Shown: positions 51,589-60,603 of the stretch, one piece after another | Numbering within the stretch: the first letter of the stretch is position 1 | Layout of the letters: every line of letters begins with the position of its first letter | Translations under genes and position numbers: made by a program | The notes under the pieces: model-generated | Seen by the model: the letters and a program-made list of their open reading frames with translations, nothing else | Databases searched by the model: none | Told to the model about the DNA's origin: nothing | Assembly: GCA_902550325.1 (NCBI GenBank) | Contig: CACCYT010000002.1 | Span: forward strand, 53,929-117,928 | Origin: an uncultured Bacteroidota bacterium | Lineage (GTDB): Bacteria; Bacteroidota; Bacteroidia; Flavobacteriales; Flavobacteriaceae | DNA length: 64,000 nt | Direction: 5' to 3'

Positions 51589-52978
51589 CTTCATTATATG
51601 CATCTGCCACTGCCTCCATTACTGCTTCACTCATTGTAGGATGTGGATGAACAGATTTTAAAATTTCATGCCCCGTAGTTTCTAGTTTTTTTCCAACAAC
51701 TGCCTCTGAAATCATTTCAGTGACATTGCTACCAATCATATGGCATCCTAACCATTCTCCGTATTTAGAATCAAAAATAACTTTCACGAAACCATCAGTA
51801 TGACCAGAAGCTTGGGCTTTGCCAGATGCTGAGAAGGGAAATTTACCGACTTTTATTTCATAACCATTATCTATAGCCTTTTTTTCTGTGAAACCAACTG
51901 AAGCAATCTCAGGTTTACTATAAGTACAGCCAGGAATATTATTGTAGTCGATGGGATGAGGGTTCAAGCCTTTTATGTATTCAACACATGTTATACCTTC
52001 AGCTGATGCAACATGAGCTAGAGACTGTCCAGAGACAATATCGCCAATGGCAAAAATACCATCAACATTGGTCTTGTAAAATTCATTAACTAATATTTTA
52101 TCAGATTCAACCTTAACACCAATTTGCTCTAATCCAATATCTTCAATATTTGACTTAATACCAACAGCACTTAAAACAACATCGCTGACAAGTTCGAGAT
52201 TATTGTCTTTACACTCAATTTCTACCTTTACTTTATCATTGCTTATTTCTGAGGAAACAACTTTTGAGCTGGTTAGAATATTAATATTTTTTTTCTTTAA
52301 AATTTTTTCTAATTCTTTTGATATCTCGTGATCTTCATTTGGAGCTATTCTATCTTGAAATTCAACAACAGTTACGTCCGTTCCTAAGGAATTATAAAAA
52401 TATGCAAACTCAATCCCTATTGCACCAGATCCAACAATAATCATACTGTTAGGTTGTTTATTTAATGTCATAGCATCTCGGTAACCCAATATTTTTTCTC
52501 CATCCTTTTTTAAAGATTCTATATCTCTAGATCTAGCTCCAGTGGCGATAATTATATTATTTGCAGATATATCAAACGACTCTTTATCATTTCTTATCTC
52601 TAATATTTTATCTTCTTTTATTTTTCCAAATCCTTCATAAACTTTTATTTTATTTTTTTTCATTAAGAAGTGAACCCCTTTACTCATTTTATTTGCAACA
52701 TTTCTGCTTCGATCAATAATTTTATTAAAGTTTTGGTTGTAATTTTCAACAGTAATTCCATAATCATTTATGTTGTTTAAATAATCAAATACTTCAGCAG
52801 ACTTGAGCAAGGCTTTAGTTGGTATACACCCCCAATTTAGACAAATACCACCTAAACTTTCCTTCTCAATTATCGCTGTTTTAAAACCTAATTGGGAAGC
52901 TCTTATAGCACTTACGTAACCACCTGGACCACTTCCTAATACAACTATATCATAATTTTCCATACTATTTATTTTCAA
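51575..52978 (-). CDS. lpdA: Dihydrolipoyl dehydrogenase (E3)
   Basis: FAD motif VVLGSGPGGY, redox-active disulfide GGICLNWGCIPTK, NAD motif VGSGAIGIE, C-terminal HPHPT. An alternative start at M6 (52963) would remove the overlap with msrB. Confidence 0.9.
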   Translation of the reverse strand: MKINSMENYDIVVLGSGPGGYVSAIRASQLGFKTAIIEKESLGGICLNWGCIPTKALLKSAEVFDYLNNINDYGITVENYNQNFNKIIDRSRNVANKMSKGVHFLMKKNKIKVYEGFGKIKEDKILEIRNDKESFDISANNIIIATGARSRDIESLKKDGEKILGYRDAMTLNKQPNSMIIVGSGAIGIEFAYFYNSLGTDVTVVEFQDRIAPNEDHEISKELEKILKKKNINILTSSKVVSSEISNDKVKVEIECKDNNLELVSDVVLSAVGIKSNIEDIGLEQIGVKVESDKILVNEFYKTNVDGIFAIGDIVSGQSLAHVASAEGITCVEYIKGLNPHPIDYNNIPGCTYSKPEIASVGFTEKKAIDNGYEIKVGKFPFSASGKAQASGHTDGFVKVIFDSKYGEWLGCHMIGSNVTEMISEAVVGKKLETTGHEILKSVHPHPTMSEAVMEAVADAYNEVIHL

Positions 52979-53348
52979 AATTTATACTTGCAGAATTAAC
53001 ACAGTATCTCATGCCTGTTTCAGTTGGACCATCATTAAAAACATGGCCTATATGACCATTACAATTTGAACATAATATCTCTGTTCTAATTCTCATCAAT
53101 GATCTATCTTCTCTGTAGGTTATACTTCCTTTTTTTGCTCTGTCAAAACTTGGCCAGCCACACCCGCTATCAAACTTTGAATCGCTTTCAAATAAAACTG
53201 CATCACATCCTTTGCACCTGTAATTTCCATTTTTGAAATGTAGATTGTATTTTCCAGAAAATGGAATTTCAGTTGCTGCTTCTCTTAAAACCTTATAGCT
53301 TAGTTCATCTAATTTAGATTTCCAGTATTTATTGTCTTTATTTATCAT
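52965..53348 (-). CDS. msrB: Peptide-methionine (R)-S-oxide reductase MsrB (cytoplasmic copy)
   Basis: 127 aa. Two CxxC zinc motifs (CKGCDAVLF, CSNCNGHIGHVFNDGP) and catalytic Cys in RYCVNS. Confidence 0.9.
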   Translation of the reverse strand: MINKDNKYWKSKLDELSYKVLREAATEIPFSGKYNLHFKNGNYRCKGCDAVLFESDSKFDSGCGWPSFDRAKKGSITYREDRSLMRIRTEILCSNCNGHIGHVFNDGPTETGMRYCVNSASINFENK

Positions 53349-53809
53349 GATTTTTTAAAAATTAATGCAGCAGAGTTTACACAATGTCGAATGCCTGTAG
53401 TTTCTTTTGGCCCATCGTTAAATACATGACCTAAATGACCACCACATTTCTTACATTTTATTTCTGTTCTGGGATAACCCAATTTATAATCGACATCATA
53501 AATTAATTTATCATTAATTTCTTTGTCAAAACTTGGCCAACCACAAAAGGAATTATATTTATTATTTGACTGATAAAGTGGCTCATTACAACCTGCACAG
53601 TGATATGTGCCTTTTTCATAAAAATTATCATATTTACCAGTGTAAGGTCTTTCAGTGTAAGCTTTTCTTAAAACCAGGTAGGACATTTGATCAAGTTGCT
53701 CTCTCCACTCATTATCAGTTTTAATTACTTCGTAGTTAATTTCATTAGTTTGCGATTTGCAAGCTGTTAAAAATAATAGAGATAGAAAAAGAAAATTTAT
53801 ATACTTCAT
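53345..53809 (-). CDS. msrB: Peptide-methionine (R)-S-oxide reductase MsrB (exported lipoprotein copy)
   Basis: 154 aa. Lipoprotein signal LLFLTACKSQ, CxxC motifs (CAGCNEPLY, CKKCGGHLGHVFNDGP), catalytic RHCVNS. It overlaps the downstream msrB start by 4 nt. Confidence 0.85.
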   Translation of the reverse strand: MKYINFLFLSLLFLTACKSQTNEINYEVIKTDNEWREQLDQMSYLVLRKAYTERPYTGKYDNFYEKGTYHCAGCNEPLYQSNNKYNSFCGWPSFDKEINDKLIYDVDYKLGYPRTEIKCKKCGGHLGHVFNDGPKETTGIRHCVNSAALIFKKS

Positions 53810-53857
53810 TTAAAGTTTGTTCAAAAATAATTTATATTTTCAACATAATCAGCAACT

Positions 53858-55168
53858 ATGCCAAAAACTGAATATAAAAAGGGAGATAAAAAATTATTGA
53901 GAGCATGGGCTTTTTATGATTGGGCTAACTCTGTTTATGCACTTGTAATATCTACTGCAATATTTCCTCTCTATTTTGGAACTTTATTTGAAGAAAGTCT
54001 TTATGTAGAGGTTTTTGGAATTAATTATAAAAATACTGCTCTAATTCAACATTTAACTAGTCTAGTTTTTCTTTGCCTTGCATTCATGATTCCAATACTT
54101 TCCGGAATTGCAGACTATCTAAAAAATAAAGTATCATTTTTAAAATTTTTCTGCTATTTAGGAAGTGTTTCATGTGTAGGATTATATTTTTTTACAATCG
54201 AAAATATATATTTAGGATTATTTTTTTACTTTTTTGCATTATTTAGTTTTTGGGCTAGTTTAGTGTTTTATAATTCTTATTTACCTGAAATTGCTTTTCC
54301 TCATCAGCAAGACAAAACCAGTGCTCAAGGTTTTTCTTATGGATACATTGGAAGTGTTTTGCTTTTATTGATTAACCTTTTAATGGTTTTATACCCATCA
54401 ACCTTTGGTTTTCAGGATACGATCGAACCAATGAAAGTTTCTTTTGTTATGGTCGGTTTGTGGTGGGCTGGTTTTAGTCAATACACTTTTTACTATTTAC
54501 CAAAAAATCAAATACAATTGACAAATAAAAATATTTTAAAAAAACCTGTAATATTCGGTGGTTTTTCGGAGTTAAATAATGTTTGGATAATGATAAAAAA
54601 ACAAAAAGCAATTAAAAAATTTCTTATTGCTTTTTTTGTTTTTAGTTGTGCTTTACAAACAATCATTTTAATTGCAACTTATTTTGGAGAGCAAGAAATT
54701 ATATGGAGAGAGGGTGAGAAGCAAATTGGATTAATAATTAGTATGCTTCTCATACAGTTAATTGCCATAATTGGAGCAATGTTAACTGCAAAATTCTCAG
54801 AAAAGTTTGGTAATATACAAACCTTAATTTTTCTCAATATATTTTGGTTTTTTCTTTGTGTAGGAGGTTATTTTGTTAAGTTTTCTCATGAATTCTATAT
54901 TGTTGCAGCACTTGTTGGATTGGTAATGGGTGGAATTCAAGCATTGTCCAGATCTACATATTCTAAATTAATACCAGAAACCAAAAACACTTGTTCATAT
55001 TTTAGTTTTTATCAAATGTGCATGATAATAAGTATTTCATTGGGAACATTTATGTCTGGAATTGTTGATCAATTTACTGGTAGTTTAAGAAATTCAATTA
55101 TTGTTTTTGCTGTAATTTTTATTTTTGGCGCAATACTTTTAAAGGATATAAAAATGAAAAAACTGTAA
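53858..55168 (+). CDS. MFS transporter, UMF1 (Atg22-like) family
   Basis: About 12 TM segments. The N-terminal LLRAWAFYDWANSVYALVISTAIFPLYF is characteristic of UMF1/Atg22-like MFS proteins. Confidence 0.7.
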   Translation: MPKTEYKKGDKKLLRAWAFYDWANSVYALVISTAIFPLYFGTLFEESLYVEVFGINYKNTALIQHLTSLVFLCLAFMIPILSGIADYLKNKVSFLKFFCYLGSVSCVGLYFFTIENIYLGLFFYFFALFSFWASLVFYNSYLPEIAFPHQQDKTSAQGFSYGYIGSVLLLLINLLMVLYPSTFGFQDTIEPMKVSFVMVGLWWAGFSQYTFYYLPKNQIQLTNKNILKKPVIFGGFSELNNVWIMIKKQKAIKKFLIAFFVFSCALQTIILIATYFGEQEIIWREGEKQIGLIISMLLIQLIAIIGAMLTAKFSEKFGNIQTLIFLNIFWFFLCVGGYFVKFSHEFYIVAALVGLVMGGIQALSRSTYSKLIPETKNTCSYFSFYQMCMIISISLGTFMSGIVDQFTGSLRNSIIVFAVIFIFGAILLKDIKMKKL

Positions 55169-55252
55169 TCTTGTCAATTGTTGCATGCTGGCATGGTCCT
55201 TGAAAATATTCAAGCAGCAACAAAGCTTATTGAAGATCACTCTGTCTTAGAA

Positions 55253-57676
55253 ATGGAAAACTTATTTGATTTAAATAAACTCTCAGGAAAAATAATTAAT
55301 GAAGAGTCGGAGCTCATTCCTCTTATGACTTCTGATGATGAAGAAGCTATAAATAAAGAAAAATTACCAAAGTCACTTTCAATTCTTCCTTTAAAAAATA
55401 CAGTACTATTTCCTGGTGTCGTTATACCAATAACTGCTACTAGAAACAAATCTGTCAAGTTAATTAAGGCCGCCAATAAAGGAGATAAGTTAATTGGTGT
55501 TGTTTCGCAAATTAATAATAAGGTTTCTGACCCTAAAATTGGAGATATTAATAATATTGGTACAGTTGCCAAAATTCTAAGAGTTTTACAAATGCCTGAT
55601 GGCAACCTAACAATCATTATACAGGGCAAGAAGAGGTTTAAAATAGAAAAAATTCTATTCGAGAAGCCATTTATAAAAGCTGAAATATGCGAAATAAACG
55701 AAATAAAACCTCAAAAAAATGATAAAAAATATAATGCAACTATAGATTCAATTAAAGACTTAGCATTAAAAATTATTGATGAAAACCCAAATATTCCCTC
55801 TGAGGCATCGATAGCAATTAAAAATATCCACAGCAATACATTTTTGGTAAATTTTGTATCATCAAATATGAACATTAGTGTTTCAGATAAATACAAAATT
55901 TTAGAAACTGATAGTCACCAACACAGGGCAATTGAATGTTTAAAGTATATGAATATTGAATTTCAGAAACTTTCATTGAAAAACGATATACAATCTAAAG
56001 TTAGAAATGATCTTGACCAACAACAACGTGAATATTACTTGAATCAACAACTTAAAACTATTCAAGAGGAGTTGGGTAGCTCATCTATCCATAAAGATAT
56101 TGAAGATATAAGAACAAAGGCAAGTATAAAAAAATGGACCAAAGATGTTAAAAATCACTTTGAAAAAGAGTTAGTCAAACTCCAAAGAATTAACACTCAA
56201 ATGGCAGAGTATTCGATACAGAGAAACTATATTGACCTTCTTCTAGATTTACCGTGGAACGAATTTTCAAAAGATAATTATAAACTTGACAATGCATTAA
56301 GAACCCTAAACAAAGACCATTTTGGCTTAAAAACAGTTAAGGAACGAATAATTGAGCAAATTGCTGTTTTAAAATTGAAGGGTGACATGAGTGCACCCAT
56401 TTTATGTTTTTACGGACCACCTGGTGTTGGAAAAACATCATTAGGTAAATCTATTGCAAAAGCTTTGGGTAGAGAATATGTTAGAATATCTCTTGGCGGA
56501 TTAAGAGACGAATCTGAAATAAGAGGCCACAGAAAGACCTATATTGGCGCAATGCCAGGAAGAATAATACAGAATTTAAAAAAGGTAAAGACTTCTAATC
56601 CTGTTTTTGTTTTAGATGAAATTGATAAAATGAGTATTGGAAATCAAGGTGATCCCTCATCTGCAATGCTAGAGGTCTTAGACCCAGAACAAAATATATC
56701 ATTTTATGATAATTTTTTAGAATTAGGGTTTGATTTATCAAAAGTTTTATTTATTGCCACAGCAAATAATATTAATAATATTCAACCCGCATTGCTTGAT
56801 AGGATGGAGTTAATTAATATTTCAGGATATAGTCTTGAGGAAAAAGTACAAATTGCAAAAAAATATTTGATAAAAAAACAAAAAGACAATCATGGTCTAG
56901 GAAATGATGCTTTTGTCTTAGATAATGATGTAATAACAGCAATAATTAAAGGATATACAAAAGAGTCAGGTGTAAGGTTGCTAGATAAAAAAATTTCAAA
57001 AATATCACGATGGGTTGCAAAATCAATCGTAAAAAAAGAATCTTATGAACATAAATTAAAGATCCATCACCTAAAAGATATTCTTGGAATTGGATTAGAT
57101 CAGACAATTTCAGAAAATAATGATATCTCAGGAATTGTTAATGGACTAGCTTGGACCCAATATGGTGGTGAAATCCTTTTTATTGAATCAACAATGTCAA
57201 AAGGAAAAGGTAACCTTTCGATTACCGGAAATTTAGGTAAGGTGATGAAAGAATCTGCCACCATTGCTCTTGAATATTTAAAATCAAACTCCCAATTATT
57301 GGGAGTTAAAAATCAAGATTTTTTTGAGAATAATTTTCACATTCATGTTCCTGAGGGAGCAACACCAAAAGATGGTCCAAGTGCAGGTATAACTATATTA
57401 ACCTCTTTGGTTTCCTTAGTTAAAAATAAGAAAGTAAAATCAAGCCTAGCAATGAGCGGAGAGATTACCTTGAGAGGAAAAGTTCTTCCAGTAGGTGGAA
57501 TTAAAGAAAAAATTTTGGCAGCAAAAAGAGCAAATATTAAACAAGTTGTTTTACCTCTTGCAAACAAAAAACATGTAGATGAAATTGAAAAAAAATATAT
57601 CAAGGGTTTAAAATTTAGGTATGTTGAAAAAATGATTGAGGTAATTAAATTTTCACTCGAAAAAAATAAATTATAA
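55253..57676 (+). CDS. lon: ATP-dependent endopeptidase La (Lon protease)
   Basis: LON N-domain (LPILPLKNTVLFPGVVIPI), AAA+ Walker A GPPGVGKTS, Walker B VFVLDEIDK, and the protease domain with PKDGPSAGIT (catalytic Ser) and a Lys in the later block. The start is set at MENLFDLN (ATG 55253) by analogy with flavobacterial Lon. The track TTG start is at 55178. Confidence 0.9.
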   Translation: MENLFDLNKLSGKIINEESELIPLMTSDDEEAINKEKLPKSLSILPLKNTVLFPGVVIPITATRNKSVKLIKAANKGDKLIGVVSQINNKVSDPKIGDINNIGTVAKILRVLQMPDGNLTIIIQGKKRFKIEKILFEKPFIKAEICEINEIKPQKNDKKYNATIDSIKDLALKIIDENPNIPSEASIAIKNIHSNTFLVNFVSSNMNISVSDKYKILETDSHQHRAIECLKYMNIEFQKLSLKNDIQSKVRNDLDQQQREYYLNQQLKTIQEELGSSSIHKDIEDIRTKASIKKWTKDVKNHFEKELVKLQRINTQMAEYSIQRNYIDLLLDLPWNEFSKDNYKLDNALRTLNKDHFGLKTVKERIIEQIAVLKLKGDMSAPILCFYGPPGVGKTSLGKSIAKALGREYVRISLGGLRDESEIRGHRKTYIGAMPGRIIQNLKKVKTSNPVFVLDEIDKMSIGNQGDPSSAMLEVLDPEQNISFYDNFLELGFDLSKVLFIATANNINNIQPALLDRMELINISGYSLEEKVQIAKKYLIKKQKDNHGLGNDAFVLDNDVITAIIKGYTKESGVRLLDKKISKISRWVAKSIVKKESYEHKLKIHHLKDILGIGLDQTISENNDISGIVNGLAWTQYGGEILFIESTMSKGKGNLSITGNLGKVMKESATIALEYLKSNSQLLGVKNQDFFENNFHIHVPEGATPKDGPSAGITILTSLVSLVKNKKVKSSLAMSGEITLRGKVLPVGGIKEKILAAKRANIKQVVLPLANKKHVDEIEKKYIKGLKFRYVEKMIEVIKFSLEKNKL

Positions 57677-57679
57677 ATA

Positions 57680-58372
57680 TTGAATATCATAGTTACAATT
57701 GATGGCCCATCATCCTCAGGAAAAAGCACACTAGCAAAAAAACTTGCAAAAAAACTATCATTTGCTCATATAGATTCTGGATCTATTTATAGAGCTGTGA
57801 CATTATATGCACTCCAAAATAATCTATTATTAAATGGAAAATTTTTAATAAATAAATTAATTAGAAGTCTATCAGTATCTAATATTTCGTTAAAAGATAA
57901 CAAAAATGGAATTTTTAAAATGCACATTAATGACCTAGATGTCGAAGACAAAATTAGAGGATCAAAAGTCTCAAATCATGTGAGTGAGATTGCTAAATTT
58001 AAAAAAATTAGAGAATTTGTTCTTAAAATTCAGAGAGATATTTCTAAAGATAAATCTATCGTTATGGATGGTAGAGATATTGGTTCATTTGTTTTTCCTG
58101 ACGCTGATGTCAAGTTTTATATTGATTCTTCAATTAAAACTCGTTCTATGAGACGCTATAATCAACTAAAAAAATCAGAAAAAAAATTATCTATAGATGA
58201 GGTGCGGTATGATCTTTTAATCAGAGATAAAATTGATAAAACTAGAAAAAATTCACCTTTAATTATTCCTAAAAATTCGCTATTCATTAATAATGATGAC
58301 AGATCAATTGGAGATGTTTTAAACCAAATGTTGGATCACACCAAAAGTATCATCAATAAAAAAATGCCTTAA
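57680..58372 (+). CDS. cmk: (d)CMP kinase
   Basis: IVTIDGPSSSGKST P-loop, HIDSGSIYRA, MDGRDIGS. 230 aa, TTG start. Confidence 0.85.
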   Translation: MNIIVTIDGPSSSGKSTLAKKLAKKLSFAHIDSGSIYRAVTLYALQNNLLLNGKFLINKLIRSLSVSNISLKDNKNGIFKMHINDLDVEDKIRGSKVSNHVSEIAKFKKIREFVLKIQRDISKDKSIVMDGRDIGSFVFPDADVKFYIDSSIKTRSMRRYNQLKKSEKKLSIDEVRYDLLIRDKIDKTRKNSPLIIPKNSLFINNDDRSIGDVLNQMLDHTKSIINKKMP

Positions 58373-58509
58373 CATTTGCTAAAAATAATTATTGATATTA
58401 AATTCGCTTGCCTTTTGAGGGGTTTGTGGATAAATAAAAGGCATTAATTAAATTAACTTCTTCTATAATTTTCCTAAGTCCACAAAATTATAGAATACAA
58501 TTTGTAAAT

Positions 58510-60603
58510 ATGAGTTCTCAAAAAAAAGATGATCAATCCAATTCATCAAAAACTACCAAAAAGGTAACAACTAAAAAAACAAGTACAGCAAAGAAAACAA
58601 CGGCTGTAAAGAAAACAACAGTTGCAAAGAAAACAACAGCTGCAAAAAAAACAACAGCTGCGAAGAAAACAACAGCTGCGAAGAAAACAACAACTGCGAA
58701 GAAAACAACAGCTGCAAAGAAAACAACAGCTGCAAAGAAAACAACAGCTGCAAAGAAAACAACAGCTGTGAAGAAAAGAACAACTCCGAAGAAAACAACA
58801 GTTGCAAGGAAAACAAACGAACCAAAAAAATCTGGGTCTGAAAGAAAAATAGAGTCTAAGTCTAAATCAAAAAAATTAGTAGTTGAAAGTCCTGATGATT
58901 TTGACTGGTCTGCTTTTGAGGAAGGGATTGAGCTAATTGAAGAGAAAAAGATTAAGGAATTTGAAAAATTAATTGATGAAAATTTTGTCGACACTTATGA
59001 TGAAAATGTAATTCAAGGTATTGTAATTAATATTACTGAAAGAGAAGCAATTATTGATATTAACGCCAAGTCTGAAGGTGTTATTTCTTTAAATGAATTT
59101 AGATATAACCCTGCTCTGAAGGTTGGTGATAAAGTTGAGGTAATTGTAGATATACAAGAAGATAAAACTGGTCAACTTGTTTTATCACACAGAAAGGCAA
59201 GAACAATAAAAGCATGGGAGAGGGTTATTGAAGCACATGATAATGAAACTGTTGTTACTGGATTTGTTAAATGCCGAACAAAAGGTGGGATGATAGTTGA
59301 TGTTTTCGGACTAGAGGCATTTTTACCAGGATCTCAAATAGATGTTAAACCAATCAGAGATTACGATCAATATTTGAGTAAAAACATGGAATTCAGAATT
59401 GTGAAAATTAATCATGAATTTAAAAATGTTGTTGTCTCTCATAAAGCATTGATAGAGGCTGATATTGAAGAGCAGAAAAAAGAAATTATTTCACAATTGG
59501 AAAAAGGACAAGTTCTAGAGGGGATTGTCAAAAACATTACTACATATGGTGTTTTTGTTGATCTTGGAGGAGTTGATGGATTAATTCACATCACTGATTT
59601 ATCATGGAATAGAATTAATCATCCTACTGAAATTTTAGAGTTAGATCAAAAGCTCAATGTTGTGATTTTAGATTTTGACGATGATAAATCAAGGATACAG
59701 CTAGGGGTAAAACAATTAAGTGATCATCCATGGGAAAATCTTGACTCAAAACTTAAGGAAGGAGATAAAGTTAAGGGTAAAGTTTCTGTTTTGGCTGATT
59801 ATGGAGCATTTATTGAAATTGCAGAGGGCGTAGAGGGTTTAGTTCACGTTTCGGAAATGTCATGGTCTACTCATCTAAGATCTGCACAAGATTTTGTTAA
59901 TGTTGGTGATGAGGTAGAAGCTGTTATACTTACAATTGATAGAGAAGAAAGGAAAATGTCACTAGGTATTAAACAGTTGACATCAGATCCATGGACTGAT
60001 ATAACTGAAAAATACCCAACTAAGTCTAAACACAAAGGAAAGATTAGAAATTTTACAAACTTTGGGGTTTTTGTGGAACTCGAAGAAGGTATAGATGGAT
60101 TAGTTTACATTTCTGACTTATCTTGGACAAAAAAGATTAAACATCCATCAGAGCTTTTCCAGATTGGAGATGAAATTGAAGTTGTTGTGCTTGAACTTGA
60201 TGTTGACGAAAGAAAGCTAAGTTTAGGACATAAACAAACAATTAAAAATCCATGGGTGAATTACGAAAAAACATATGCCATAGACACTTCACATGAATTA
60301 AAAATTGATTCCATAACTGATAGAGGAGCCAATATAATTTTAAGTAAAGAACTTTCAGCTTTTGTTCCCAAAAAACATATGACTAAAGAAGATGGTTCAT
60401 TACTAAAGAAAGGAGATGTTACAAACTTTAGTGTGATCGAGTGTAACAGTGAGTTTAAAAGAATAGTTCTTTCTCATTTAGCAACACACTCAAAGAAGAA
60501 AGAAATATCTAGTAAGGTTAAGAAAGAAAAAGTTGATAAATCAACCTTGGGTGATTTAGATGTTCTGGTAGATTTGAAAAAGAAAATGGATGATGATGTT
60601 TAA
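58510..60603 (+). CDS. rpsA: 30S ribosomal protein S1 with a lysine-rich repeat N-terminal extension
   Basis: Six S1/OB domains follow from about aa 165 (GIVINITEREAIIDINAKSEGVISLNEF, GFVKCRTKGGMIVDVFGLEAFLPGSQ, GIVKNITTYGVFVDLGGVDGLIHITDLSW, and others). The flavobacterial-type start motif DFDWSAFEEGIE appears only at about aa 128. It is preceded by K/T/A repeats. Confidence 0.9.
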   Translation: MSSQKKDDQSNSSKTTKKVTTKKTSTAKKTTAVKKTTVAKKTTAAKKTTAAKKTTAAKKTTTAKKTTAAKKTTAAKKTTAAKKTTAVKKRTTPKKTTVARKTNEPKKSGSERKIESKSKSKKLVVESPDDFDWSAFEEGIELIEEKKIKEFEKLIDENFVDTYDENVIQGIVINITEREAIIDINAKSEGVISLNEFRYNPALKVGDKVEVIVDIQEDKTGQLVLSHRKARTIKAWERVIEAHDNETVVTGFVKCRTKGGMIVDVFGLEAFLPGSQIDVKPIRDYDQYLSKNMEFRIVKINHEFKNVVVSHKALIEADIEEQKKEIISQLEKGQVLEGIVKNITTYGVFVDLGGVDGLIHITDLSWNRINHPTEILELDQKLNVVILDFDDDKSRIQLGVKQLSDHPWENLDSKLKEGDKVKGKVSVLADYGAFIEIAEGVEGLVHVSEMSWSTHLRSAQDFVNVGDEVEAVILTIDREERKMSLGIKQLTSDPWTDITEKYPTKSKHKGKIRNFTNFGVFVELEEGIDGLVYISDLSWTKKIKHPSELFQIGDEIEVVVLELDVDERKLSLGHKQTIKNPWVNYEKTYAIDTSHELKIDSITDRGANIILSKELSAFVPKKHMTKEDGSLLKKGDVTNFSVIECNSEFKRIVLSHLATHSKKKEISSKVKKEKVDKSTLGDLDVLVDLKKKMDDDV
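58549..58815 (+). repeat. In-frame 18-bp tandem repeat (about 13 units, consensus gct gca aag aaa aca aca = AAKKTT) inside the rpsA 5' region
   Basis: Direct reading shows ...acagctgcaaagaaaacaacagctgcaaagaaaacaacagctgcgaagaaaaca..., translating to KTTKKVTTKKTSTAKKTTAVKKTTVAKKTTAAKKTT(AAKKTT)n...AVKKRTTPKKTTVARKT. The units differ mostly at synonymous or conservative positions. Confidence 0.9.

Noticed and set aside
58425-58433. A perfect DnaA-box consensus (tgtggataa, the reverse complement of TTATCCACA) lies in the cmk-rpsA spacer.
   Set aside because: It is a single isolated 9-mer. One chance occurrence in 64 kb on both strands is plausible. There is no cluster and no adjacent AT-rich unwinding element, and it is far from dnaA.
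58549-58815. The regular short repeat array could superficially look like a CRISPR or minisatellite locus.
   Set aside because: The period is 18 bp with no unique spacers. The array is entirely in frame within rpsA, and no cas genes are in the window. I report it as a coding tandem repeat instead.
58533-58994. Two minus-strand ORFs (153 aa and 84 aa) have striking repeats: AAVVFF... and LLFSLQ...
   Set aside because: They are mirror images of the 18-bp AAKKTT coding repeat in rpsA. The repeat keeps all frames open. The plus-strand frame is continuous with a bona fide S1 protein.
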